A program made the position numbers and the translations under genes. 64,000 bases of DNA from an uncultured Gammaproteobacteria bacterium (GTDB taxonomy: Bacteria; Patescibacteriota; Patescibacteriia; VMEV01; CAZAJQ01): the NCBI GenBank assembly GCA_964485795.1, contig CAZAJQ010000007.1:3880-67879 (forward strand). The letters are read 5' to 3'. The notes beneath the pieces are model-generated. The model searched no databases, was not told where the DNA came from, and worked only from the letters and a program-made list of their open reading frames with translations. Positions 1-8,025 of the stretch are shown here, piece by piece. The stretch's first letter is position 1. Each line of letters begins with the position of its first letter.

Positions 1-1083
1 CGTCGTCGGAGATGTTACGACTGACCATGAGAGACCATTCCATTGCAAAATCGTTCCTTCCTTGCCCACCGCAAAACCGGATACGCCTGAAATCATCGAT
101 ACAGCCAACATATCCTTGTCCGTCGGCGGAGTCAAAAGCGTCCACGAGGATCCGCTGAATCTGAGCAACGTCGCGTCATCTCCCACCGCGTACGCTTCAT
201 TTTGAGAAACTTGCGAGACATCCCGAAGATCCTTTGTGGTTGGTGAACTCCCCTGCACCCAATTGTTGGCGACCCATTGAAACACTCTCCCTCCAAGGCT
301 CACTGCAAAATCACTCGTTACCGCAGTCATGTCAACTCCGCCAAACGCAAAATCCCACAGATCCCACTGTCCGGCCTGACTCAGTGTCACGCCGGCCGCG
401 GTTCCGGTTCCTGCAATCTGCGTATTGCTCACCAACGTCCCGCCGCCGAAATCCGTATGCGTGGTGTCCGTAAAAGACGGACCGCCGCCCCATGACCAAT
501 TGGTCGTACCTCCGCTCCCCGATCCGGCCAAAAGCTGCACCGATCCTCCGGTGCCGCTGCCGATGCCCTGCGTACTGGCAAATGTCCCGCCCGAAAAATC
601 CGTATCGATGGTTTGCAGCCAATCAAAAACATTCCAATCCGTCAGGTAACTTTGCACCACCACCTGCCGACTCGGACCTTCAAAGGTCCAGCTCACGGTC
701 GCGGTGATCTTCTTCGTTCGCGAATCGATCGTGCCGCCGGAAAGGACTATGTCTCCGCTTCCGTTTCTCTGCACGTCTTCCACCAAAACAACGCGAGTAT
801 AAAGTCCATCTATGATTTGCGACGTCCCGCTGAATTGCCATTTGCCGATGCTGTCATCGAGCCCGTGATTGCCGCTCGTGAGATTTTGCCAATGCTCGTC
901 TCGAATGCTCTTCGTGGCGTCCATCGCCTGATACGCCAAATACGTCGCCCGACTTCGCACGCCTCCTTTTGACGACGAGGTGACCGCGTCAAACGCCAGC
1001 ATTGCCAATGCCGTCCCGATAATCGTGAAAATCCCTATGGAAAGGATGATTTCCACAAGGCTGAAAGCGCGAAATTTGAACAT
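1..1083 (-). CDS. Type IV prepilin-like protein with C-terminal beta-propeller-like repeats (runs off the window, not in ORF track)
   Basis: Manual translation from ATG at 1083: MFKFRAFSLVEIILSIGIFTIIG (prepilin motif), open to base 1; repeats AYAVGDDATLLRFSGSSW and GFAVGKEGTILQWNGLSW. Confidence 0.85.
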   Translation of the reverse strand, partial: MFKFRAFSLVEIILSIGIFTIIGTALAMLAFDAVTSSSKGGVRSRATYLAYQAMDATKSIRDEHWQNLTSGNHGLDDSIGKWQFSGTSQIIDGLYTRVVLVEDVQRNGSGDIVLSGGTIDSRTKKITATVSWTFEGPSRQVVVQSYLTDWNVFDWLQTIDTDFSGGTFASTQGIGSGTGGSVQLLAGSGSGGTTNWSWGGGPSFTDTTHTDFGGGTLVSNTQIAGTGTAAGVTLSQAGQWDLWDFAFGGVDMTAVTSDFAVSLGGRVFQWVANNWVQGSSPTTKDLRDVSQVSQNEAYAVGDDATLLRFSGSSWTLLTPPTDKDMLAVSMISGVSGFAVGKEGTILQWNGLSWSVVTSPTT

Positions 1084-1149
1084 GAAAAAATGTAATGGTT
1101 TTAAAACGTTTTCACTTGCTTATCGTTGAAACACCCCCGCCTCTGCCCC

Positions 1150-1319
1150 GCTTACCGTCGAAATTCACCCCTCTGCCCTTCGGGCATCTCCCCTTGTCCA
1201 AGGGGAGAATATGTATGGTATGGCCTCCCCTTGTGCAAGGGGAGGTGGCCGGAGGGGTGTGCTTCGTGAACATAGAGCTTACCGTGCCCGAGCCGGAGGG
1301 TTGTGTTCCGCCGGTAAGC
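1150..1319. repeat. Composite REP/REPIN-like palindromic element, copy 1
   Basis: Two CTCCCCTTG-nn-CAAGGGGAG palindromes; 1165-1211 is the exact reverse complement of 48007-48053; ends GCTTACCG...CGGTAAGC. Confidence 0.8.
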
Positions 1320-1340
1320 GCCTGCACGACGTAATCCCCC

Positions 1341-1796
1341 TTATTGATAATTCACCCTCCCCGCTGCATTGATAAAAATACTTTTCGTCGTACTGTCATT
1401 TGAATTCAAAACCGTGATCGTGCCATATTGCGTGGTAGTTCCCGATGCCTTGGAAAAAATCACGTCGCTTCCTCCGCCGTTGAGACTGATCACGGAAACG
1501 GACAAAAGATTTGCGAGAGGAAACGCGATATTCTCGGGATCCGAAAGATTGTAGCTCGATCCCTTAAACAAAACATATTGCGCCGACTCGAAATGCACAC
1601 CCCATGAATTGTTGCCAAGACCGTTCATGGCATGGGTCTGCGCCCTTCGCACCGCATCCACCATTTCCCAAACCGTCGTCCGATGATCCGTGGCCTTGAA
1701 CCGCGACACGAAAAAACTTCCCAGAAGCAATACCAAAATGCCCATGATGGCCATGGTCAAAAGAAGTTCAACCAAAGTGAATCCCTGACGACGCAT
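1341..1796 (-). CDS. Minor pilin/pseudopilin (FimT/GspH-like)
   Basis: MRRQGFTLVELLLTMAIMGIL prepilin motif; C-terminal SIFINAAGRV. Confidence 0.9.
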   Translation of the reverse strand: MRRQGFTLVELLLTMAIMGILVLLLGSFFVSRFKATDHRTTVWEMVDAVRRAQTHAMNGLGNNSWGVHFESAQYVLFKGSSYNLSDPENIAFPLANLLSVSVISLNGGGSDVIFSKASGTTTQYGTITVLNSNDSTTKSIFINAAGRVNYQ

Positions 1797-1911
1797 AAAA
1801 AAAATTTGACTTCATCATTATAGCATTAAGTGTATGTGGAATGGCACGCACATTGTTTTTCGCTCTCTCTTTTTGATATACTGATGTTCATTATCATTAT
1901 TTTTTCACCCT

Positions 1912-2451
1912 ATGAGCGAAAAAGAATCTTTCCATGATCACGAAGAACCCGAAATGCTTCCGGAAGTGACATCTGAAAATGAATTTTTAAGCATTTCAGA
2001 AATATTCTCAAGGTTCGAAAAAAACGCGAAGGGCTTTGATTCGCTTCAAGAATTTCTTACCAGCAATGGGGGGATCGATCTTGCGAATGACCTCATCCCT
2101 TTTCCGAAATCAGATAAGATAACGATCGGTGCGTACGAAATCATCGTTGATTTTTCATCGGAAACCATTCTCTTTCCCGAAGAAATCGATGATCAAGTTT
2201 CCGATGAATTAAGGAGCAAAGTATTTCAAAGTTTCAAAGATCTTCAATCGAGACATGTAGAACAATCTCGACAATTGTTGCTGAATGCCATCGCGCATTT
2301 AGCTCAAACCTATTCTGGAAAATCGGTTGGGATTATCAGTGATAAAACTTTGCTTTCGGAAAAATTTGAAAATCCTCTCATAGCCGCCAGAAAAGAATAT
2401 GAAAAAAATCTCGAAGAATTAAAAGCCGTCATCAAAACTTTGGAAGAATAG
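1912..2451 (+). CDS. Hypothetical protein, apparent paralogue of 6708-7154
   Basis: 179-aa ORF followed by terminator; colinear similarity with the 6708 ORF. Confidence 0.75.
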   Translation: MSEKESFHDHEEPEMLPEVTSENEFLSISEIFSRFEKNAKGFDSLQEFLTSNGGIDLANDLIPFPKSDKITIGAYEIIVDFSSETILFPEEIDDQVSDELRSKVFQSFKDLQSRHVEQSRQLLLNAIAHLAQTYSGKSVGIISDKTLLSEKFENPLIAARKEYEKNLEELKAVIKTLEE

Positions 2452-2483
2452 CAGCGTTTGAAATACTCGGCCTACGAAAAAAT

Positions 2484-2521
2484 AAAAATGACAGCGGGTT
2501 GCAAACCTCTGTCATTTTTTT
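2484..2521. terminator. Bidirectional intrinsic terminator
   Basis: AAAAATGACAG...CTGTCATTTTT between convergent genes. Confidence 0.7.
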
Positions 2522-2569
2522 GTTATGATGAATCATTTCGAGCTGAAGAAACGTCCAATACTCTTCTCA

Positions 2570-3301
2570 TCACTGCCCGTTCACCGACGTATCATTCGCA
2601 TTTTTGTACCACTGCATCATGCCTCCGCCATTCAACATATTGAATCGCCAATCGTATTTTTTACCGTCCCAATTTTGCATCATGCTCCAAGGACCCTGAT
2701 TCCAGAAAAATCCTTTTTGCATCATCCCTCTCCCCCATGGACCGAATCCGATCATGCTCAAACCCTGTATCATGGATCCGTACAAAGCGACGATCAGAGA
2801 AAACTGGATGATGACATGGGCGATCAAAACGGTGATGAAATCAACGTCATAGAGATATGCCGCGGTTTTCAGCATAATCACCTGCGCATAGATCAAGGAA
2901 AATACAAAAATGAAAAAATTCAGTATCTGGCCGAGAAACAACCCTCGCATTCCGGCAATCGAAAACACGAAGCTGATCAACGCCGCAAGAAGCATACCGC
3001 TGGCCATCACGAAACATCCGTAGGTCAGGGCCGTCAATCCGTCATAAAAAGTGGCCTTCCCCGAGAGAATCTTCATGGCCGCAAGCCACAAAAGCGCCAT
3101 AAACAGGATGAGAATGTATCCTCCGCCTATAAAGGCCAAAGAAAACACCACATTCCACATGTTTACGCCCTGCATGGTCAATATCCCGGACAAAGCGCAA
3201 AAAATCAAAGCAACCACAAGCATCATCATGGTATCGGACATGGATGGCTTTTTTTTCGCCTTTTCAATGACCTGCATAGGATGGAAAAATATTTGGAACA
3301 T
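2570..3301 (-). CDS. Multi-pass membrane protein, Yip1-like
   Basis: IFFHP start, about 5-6 hydrophobic segments, Met/Trp/Gly-rich tail. Confidence 0.65.
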   Translation of the reverse strand: MFQIFFHPMQVIEKAKKKPSMSDTMMMLVVALIFCALSGILTMQGVNMWNVVFSLAFIGGGYILILFMALLWLAAMKILSGKATFYDGLTALTYGCFVMASGMLLAALISFVFSIAGMRGLFLGQILNFFIFVFSLIYAQVIMLKTAAYLYDVDFITVLIAHVIIQFSLIVALYGSMIQGLSMIGFGPWGRGMMQKGFFWNQGPWSMMQNWDGKKYDWRFNMLNGGGMMQWYKNANDTSVNGQ

Positions 3302-3341
3302 ATGCTTTTTATTTTACGGACAAAAAAAACTTGCAAAAAAA

Positions 3342-3791
3342 TCATTCCTTCGTGCCTTTGTCATCGTCTTTGCAGCCATCCTTCGCATCATGGCCGCAAC
3401 AAGCGGCTTTTCCCATGCAACCGCATTTGCAAAGCATGGCCGCATACATCAAACCGCCGATAATCGCCAAATTTTTCAAAAAATTCATGAGCTCCATCTG
3501 AACGGCAAAATTCCGATGCATGACAAAGTTCACGATGAGCAAAAAAACCGCCAAAATCCCGGCCGCGAGACATTGCTTGTATCCCGCAAGAAGCATGAGA
3601 CCGCCGCCGATTTCAATGATCACGACCAGCCAAAACAAAAGTCCGACGACCGGCAAACCCATCGCAGCCATATACCCCTGCACAGCAACAGGATCTTGCA
3701 ATTTCGCAAAACCGGCGACAATGAAAATGAGCGATAAAAAAATTCTTGCCAGTACAAACAGTCCTTTTTTCTTCTCATGCGTCATACACAT
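3342..3791 (-). CDS. DoxX family membrane protein with Cys-rich tail
   Basis: LARIFLSLIFIVAGFAKL, IEIGGGLMLLAG, FLKNLAIIGGL motifs. Confidence 0.9.
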   Translation of the reverse strand: MCMTHEKKKGLFVLARIFLSLIFIVAGFAKLQDPVAVQGYMAAMGLPVVGLLFWLVVIIEIGGGLMLLAGYKQCLAAGILAVFLLIVNFVMHRNFAVQMELMNFLKNLAIIGGLMYAAMLCKCGCMGKAACCGHDAKDGCKDDDKGTKE

Positions 3792-3876
3792 AAACGAAAA
3801 TTGTTAATGATGAAAGACATTTCTTATTCTCAAGATTACCTTATTTTACGTCAAATGAAAAGCGAAACGCGAACGT

Positions 3877-6261
3877 TTATCGGACAAACGAGAGATCAGC
3901 AACTTTTTTCCAAGTATTCTCGTCATAAACAAAAACCCGATCGTCTCCGAGAATATAGAGGAAATCATTGATAAACAAAGCTCTCAATGCATCGGTGTCG
4001 GCAGCGACGGCTTCAAGCGACAAATTGCCGCCTTCATAGCCAAACACATAGCCGTTCACGCCAGCGGGTATGAAAAAAGATTGAAACTTTTCATCACGCA
4101 AAAAAGCGTGATGATTGTAGAGAACTTCGCTCCACGATTCTTCCAGCGTATATTTGGACTTTTCGACCGGATTCGCTGGGTCGGATACGTCAAAAAGCGA
4201 AAGCTTCACGCGAAAATCTTCCTGCCCGACGCCAAGGATCAAGTGTTCGCCGACCGGTTCCAAAAGCGATGAATATCCTGGGATTTTCAACTCCCCCGAA
4301 ACTTTCGGCGACGCGGGGATCGACAGATCCAGTACGAAAAACGGATCAATCTGCCGAAAAGTCACCATATATCCCCTATCACCCATGAATCGAATAGAAT
4401 AGATTTGCTCACCGAGTCCGAGATCGGTAACGCTTCCGACCTTTTTCATGTTTTCATCAAACACATACACGTCGTTTTTCGACTCGCTTTGCGGCAGGAA
4501 AAAACTTCCGCTTCCGGTGATCGTCACAGCCACGCGCAAATTCCCCTGATACTCATCCATCGAAAACTGATTGAGCATGCGTCCGGGAGCTTCTCCCTTT
4601 GCTGCGATACTCAACGTTTTTCTGTCAATCTTCACGATATGCGATTTCTCGATTTCCCGAATATGCGTTTCCAAAAACACCGCCAAACGATTGTTGATAT
4701 CCTTTTGGAATTTCACTGCTTCATCGCGCGATTTTTCGGACAACAAACGTGACCACAGGTGCACCACCTCCGTATTTTTGGCGTCATCGCTGATATCGAG
4801 CCCCTTCACATACGCTATTTTTTTCACATACCATTCGGGATAGAGCGACGAGTTTTCCTCGATGAAACGTATATTCCAATACAGCTGATCTCCGGGATAA
4901 TAGTAAGAAATGTAAATATTGTTTTCCGACACGAATATCGGCGAGAAGTAACTGTCCTCCGCCAAAAACGAAAGTCTGTTTTCCACCGCACCGGTAGCCA
5001 TATCCATGGACAGCACCGTAAACGTTTGGCTGATTTGCGCCGGGAAGACGGGGTATAAAATTTCCGAGCAGGCGATCTCGACGCTTTCCATGATGCGTAT
5101 CGGGCAAGGATAATTTCGATCCAGCCATTGACTCAAAATAAGATATATTTTCCCGTCAAAAAGCCTTGCGGCCATAAAATTCGTTTGATCTCCGTACGTC
5201 TCTTCCCAGAGTTTTTTCGGGTTTTTCGGATCCGAAACGTCATAGCCGGCAATGCCGCGATAGGTGAGGCTCGCGAGAACGTTTTCATGGAGCAGGAGCT
5301 CACCGTTCCCGGGTATGGTGCCGAGCTGCTTGAGCGCTTCCGGCGGAAACGCTTCGATGATTTGGGTTTTGGGGGAGTAATACTCGGGGGGCGCAATGCT
5401 TTCTTGCGTGACCTCGACGTCTTGTTGAACAGAAGAAGAAACGCTGGGCAGCTCAGGAGTCATACTCCGCTGCGACGGATAGTAATAATAGGGAGACGAA
5501 AAATAGATGTTGTGACCGTCGGTTTTCACGATATCGGGCTCATCGATGCCCTTGATCTGCACATTGGTGTCCGAAACGCGTTCGGGCGCCAATGATTTTG
5601 CCGTATCTTCCGCCCCTCCCAAACCTTCTCGTAGCAAAGGAGTCATGAAATTGAAATTTGACGACGGCAAACTTTGCAGATAGATCTTCATGTCTTTTTC
5701 ATCGGAAAATTTCTGAAAACCGGAAGTCTTGCTTTGCTCTCCGGGAGGCAAGGCCGAATCTTCTCCGATCTCGATGGCCGCCAAATCGAGGTTTGAAATC
5801 CCGAGTCCCAGCTTTCTCATCACTTCGAGCGCTTCGGCGGGAAGTCCCAAGGAATACATTTTCAAATCCTTGGGGTACACGTAGTACGCGCGACCCTTGT
5901 CTTCCACTTTGAGAAGAATTTTCCCCGACAATCTTTTCGGCGCTTTTCCGTAAAACGAATCAAAATCACGATTGGAAATACCGAGGCCGAATCTTCGCAT
6001 CGCTTCAAGGGCGTTTTCCGGCTTTCCGAGATAATAGCGATTCAAATCATCGGGATTCACATACCATGCCTCACCATGGGACTCAACGGCCAAAAGTATA
6101 TAGCCCGATACCCTCTCAGCAATGCTCTGCGCATGTGCCGGCACGACGGAGAAGGGCATGAAAACTTGAGAGAGAAAAAGCACCATGAAAAAAAACTTTT
6201 TCATAAAAAATGAAGATAATGTAAAACACAGGCCAACCGAGCTTGCCAGCAACCTCATCAT
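3877..6261 (-). CDS. Secreted beta-propeller protein with two N-terminal CPR-type repeats (likely start at MKKFFF, 6204)
   Basis: Signal peptide ending AHA; TNVQIKGIDEPDIVKTDG, LNQFSMDEY, VTFRQIDPFF, GELKIPGYS (PF09826-like). Confidence 0.85.
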   Translation of the reverse strand: MMRLLASSVGLCFTLSSFFMKKFFFMVLFLSQVFMPFSVVPAHAQSIAERVSGYILLAVESHGEAWYVNPDDLNRYYLGKPENALEAMRRFGLGISNRDFDSFYGKAPKRLSGKILLKVEDKGRAYYVYPKDLKMYSLGLPAEALEVMRKLGLGISNLDLAAIEIGEDSALPPGEQSKTSGFQKFSDEKDMKIYLQSLPSSNFNFMTPLLREGLGGAEDTAKSLAPERVSDTNVQIKGIDEPDIVKTDGHNIYFSSPYYYYPSQRSMTPELPSVSSSVQQDVEVTQESIAPPEYYSPKTQIIEAFPPEALKQLGTIPGNGELLLHENVLASLTYRGIAGYDVSDPKNPKKLWEETYGDQTNFMAARLFDGKIYLILSQWLDRNYPCPIRIMESVEIACSEILYPVFPAQISQTFTVLSMDMATGAVENRLSFLAEDSYFSPIFVSENNIYISYYYPGDQLYWNIRFIEENSSLYPEWYVKKIAYVKGLDISDDAKNTEVVHLWSRLLSEKSRDEAVKFQKDINNRLAVFLETHIREIEKSHIVKIDRKTLSIAAKGEAPGRMLNQFSMDEYQGNLRVAVTITGSGSFFLPQSESKNDVYVFDENMKKVGSVTDLGLGEQIYSIRFMGDRGYMVTFRQIDPFFVLDLSIPASPKVSGELKIPGYSSLLEPVGEHLILGVGQEDFRVKLSLFDVSDPANPVEKSKYTLEESWSEVLYNHHAFLRDEKFQSFFIPAGVNGYVFGYEGGNLSLEAVAADTDALRALFINDFLYILGDDRVFVYDENTWKKVADLSFVR

Positions 6262-6273
6262 AAAATGAATCCA

Positions 6274-6302
6274 TTGACTTTACAAGTCATTTTTGCTATT
6301 CT
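6274..6302 (+). promoter_or_regulatory. Sigma70 promoter with overlapping palindrome and a divergent promoter
   Basis: TTGACT-17 bp-TATTCT with extended -10 TG; TGACTT-tac-AAGTCA palindrome; minus strand TTGTAA-17-TATGAT. Confidence 0.65.
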
Positions 6303-6328
6303 ATGCTCATAATCTTTAAAGAAAACTT

Positions 6329-6418
6329 ATGAAATTTCACAATGGCAATTGCGATTGCAGTGAAGACGAAAAGAAGGGCGGTTGCGACTGCGGTAACGAA
6401 GATTGCGGCTGCTCATAA
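6329..6418 (+). CDS. 29-aa Cys-rich metallothionein-like peptide (below ORF-track cutoff)
   Basis: MKFHNGNCDCSEDEKKGGCDCGNEDCGCS*, three CxC motifs, promoter upstream and terminator downstream. Confidence 0.65.
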   Translation: MKFHNGNCDCSEDEKKGGCDCGNEDCGCS

Positions 6419-6441
6419 CCCGGTTTTCTCTTCAAACAACT

Positions 6442-6477
6442 AAAAATCCCCAACCAAACGTAGGCTGGGGGTTTTTT
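6442..6477 (+). terminator. Intrinsic terminator
   Basis: AAAAATCCCCA...TGGGGGTTTTTT. Confidence 0.65.
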
Positions 6478-6480
6478 GTT

Positions 6481-6510
6481 GTTGGGGGAAACCTATGTGT
6501 TTCCCCCAAC
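6481..6510. repeat. REP-like hairpin
   Basis: GTTGGGGGAAAC-ctatgt-GTTTCCCCCAAC, perfect 12-bp stem. Confidence 0.65.
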
Positions 6511-6707
6511 TGCCGCGTTTTCCCCCAATAGCTATGTATCTACTCCAACTCCCCCATGGTTACCTTTTCTATGATGTATCGCATACGCCCTCGGTTATAT
6601 TTGAGATGATTCAATTCGGAGACTTGACTTTTTTTTCTCCTATGCAATGATGCGTCATCTTGAGTAATGTGTCGTTTTTTATAAAAAAAATTCTTAAAGG
6701 AGAACCT

Positions 6708-7154
6708 ATGGACGAAAAGTATATCGAGAAAAAATTTCTCTTTTTCAAAAAGCTGTCGGCAGAAAACAAAACCAGTCTTTTTGAAGTGCTCAGCAGCGCC
6801 GGAAGCCTTCGGTCGGTGCTGGATGACATTCTTCCGGCGAACCCTGTCGTTGAAATCCAAATCGGACAAGTGAAGTTTGAGCTGGATCGCGAAATGACAC
6901 TGATTCACTTGGGCGATCAAGTCATTAGCGGTGAAATCGCTTCAGAAGTGATCCAAGCGTATGAACATTTCGAAAATTGTTTATTGAGACACAGGGCGCT
7001 CCTATTCCTCCAGCAGATCAAGGATTATGCCGAAACACAGGGATATCTCATGCCTAAAATTTCAGATGAGAACCTCGTATACCTCAATTTCACCATGCCA
7101 CTGATTGGTTCCGAATTGTCCATGAGAAAAGCAGTTCAGAAACTGCTTGATTGA
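6708..7154 (+). CDS. Hypothetical protein, apparent paralogue of 1912-2451
   Basis: AAGGAG before ATG 6708; hairpin plus T-run downstream. Confidence 0.75.
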   Translation: MDEKYIEKKFLFFKKLSAENKTSLFEVLSSAGSLRSVLDDILPANPVVEIQIGQVKFELDREMTLIHLGDQVISGEIASEVIQAYEHFENCLLRHRALLFLQQIKDYAETQGYLMPKISDENLVYLNFTMPLIGSELSMRKAVQKLLD

Positions 7155-7273
7155 ATACACATTTCTTTTCTCTTTCCCACGCCTGAAAACCGTGGGATTT
7201 TTTTATTCCAAAAAATACATGAGACCCTACAAACAGCACAATAAAAACTCGAATGGCTCTTCGTAGCGCACTT

Positions 7274-7987
7274 TTATAAACATATCAGCGACGCAGCCGC
7301 GATAGCCGCGGTTTCGCTGCGCAGCGTCAGATTTCCCAAAGACAAGCATGAAGCGCCGTACTTTTTCGCGCAAAGAACCTCTTTATCCGTAAATCCGCCT
7401 TCGGGACCGATGAACACGGCAATCGATGATGGCGATTTTTTGAACGATTCGCGAGATGCGAAAACTTGCGTATGAAACATATATTTCGCTTCCGACTCGT
7501 CTTCCTCAACCGCGTCGGAAAACCGAACCGCTTCGTCGATGATCGGCAGCGTTACACGCCCGCTTTGTTCACTCGCCTCGATCGCGATTTTTTTTAACCG
7601 CTCGAGATTGACGTCTTTTCTGATACTCCGTTCGCAAAGAACGGGCGTCACACGATGCACTCCGATCTCGGTGACTTTTTGCACCGCCAGCTCAAACAAA
7701 TCTTTTTTTATGACGGCTTGATACAGACGCAGTTTCATCTTTGGTTCACGATCGGGAATGGTGACTTTCACTATTTCCCCGCAAATACCGTCTCGATTTT
7801 TTTCAAACAATTTCACCTCAAACTCATTTCCGCTGCCGTCAAAAATCACGATGATCTCATCTTCTATCCGTTTCACGACATGATTGATCTGATGAATAAA
7901 TTTTTCATCGAGTATCTTTACCTCTTGCGAATTATTATGCTCAAAATGTGGCAAATAAAAACGATGCATAAAAAAATCAAAATTCAT
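7274..7987 (-). CDS. rsmE: 16S rRNA m3U1498 methyltransferase
   Basis: QKVTEIGV, EASEQSGR, IGPEGGF, LRSETAA. Confidence 0.95.
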   Translation of the reverse strand: MNFDFFMHRFYLPHFEHNNSQEVKILDEKFIHQINHVVKRIEDEIIVIFDGSGNEFEVKLFEKNRDGICGEIVKVTIPDREPKMKLRLYQAVIKKDLFELAVQKVTEIGVHRVTPVLCERSIRKDVNLERLKKIAIEASEQSGRVTLPIIDEAVRFSDAVEEDESEAKYMFHTQVFASRESFKKSPSSIAVFIGPEGGFTDKEVLCAKKYGASCLSLGNLTLRSETAAIAAASLICL

Positions 7988-8025
7988 TTTTCCGCTTTTA
8001 AAAACTCATTTCGCGCAAGAAACCG

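Noticed and set aside
1095-1334. Short ORFs here and at 47648-48112 sharing peptides such as LPLDKGRCPKGRGV
   Set aside because: Translations of the palindromic repeat, not a protein family
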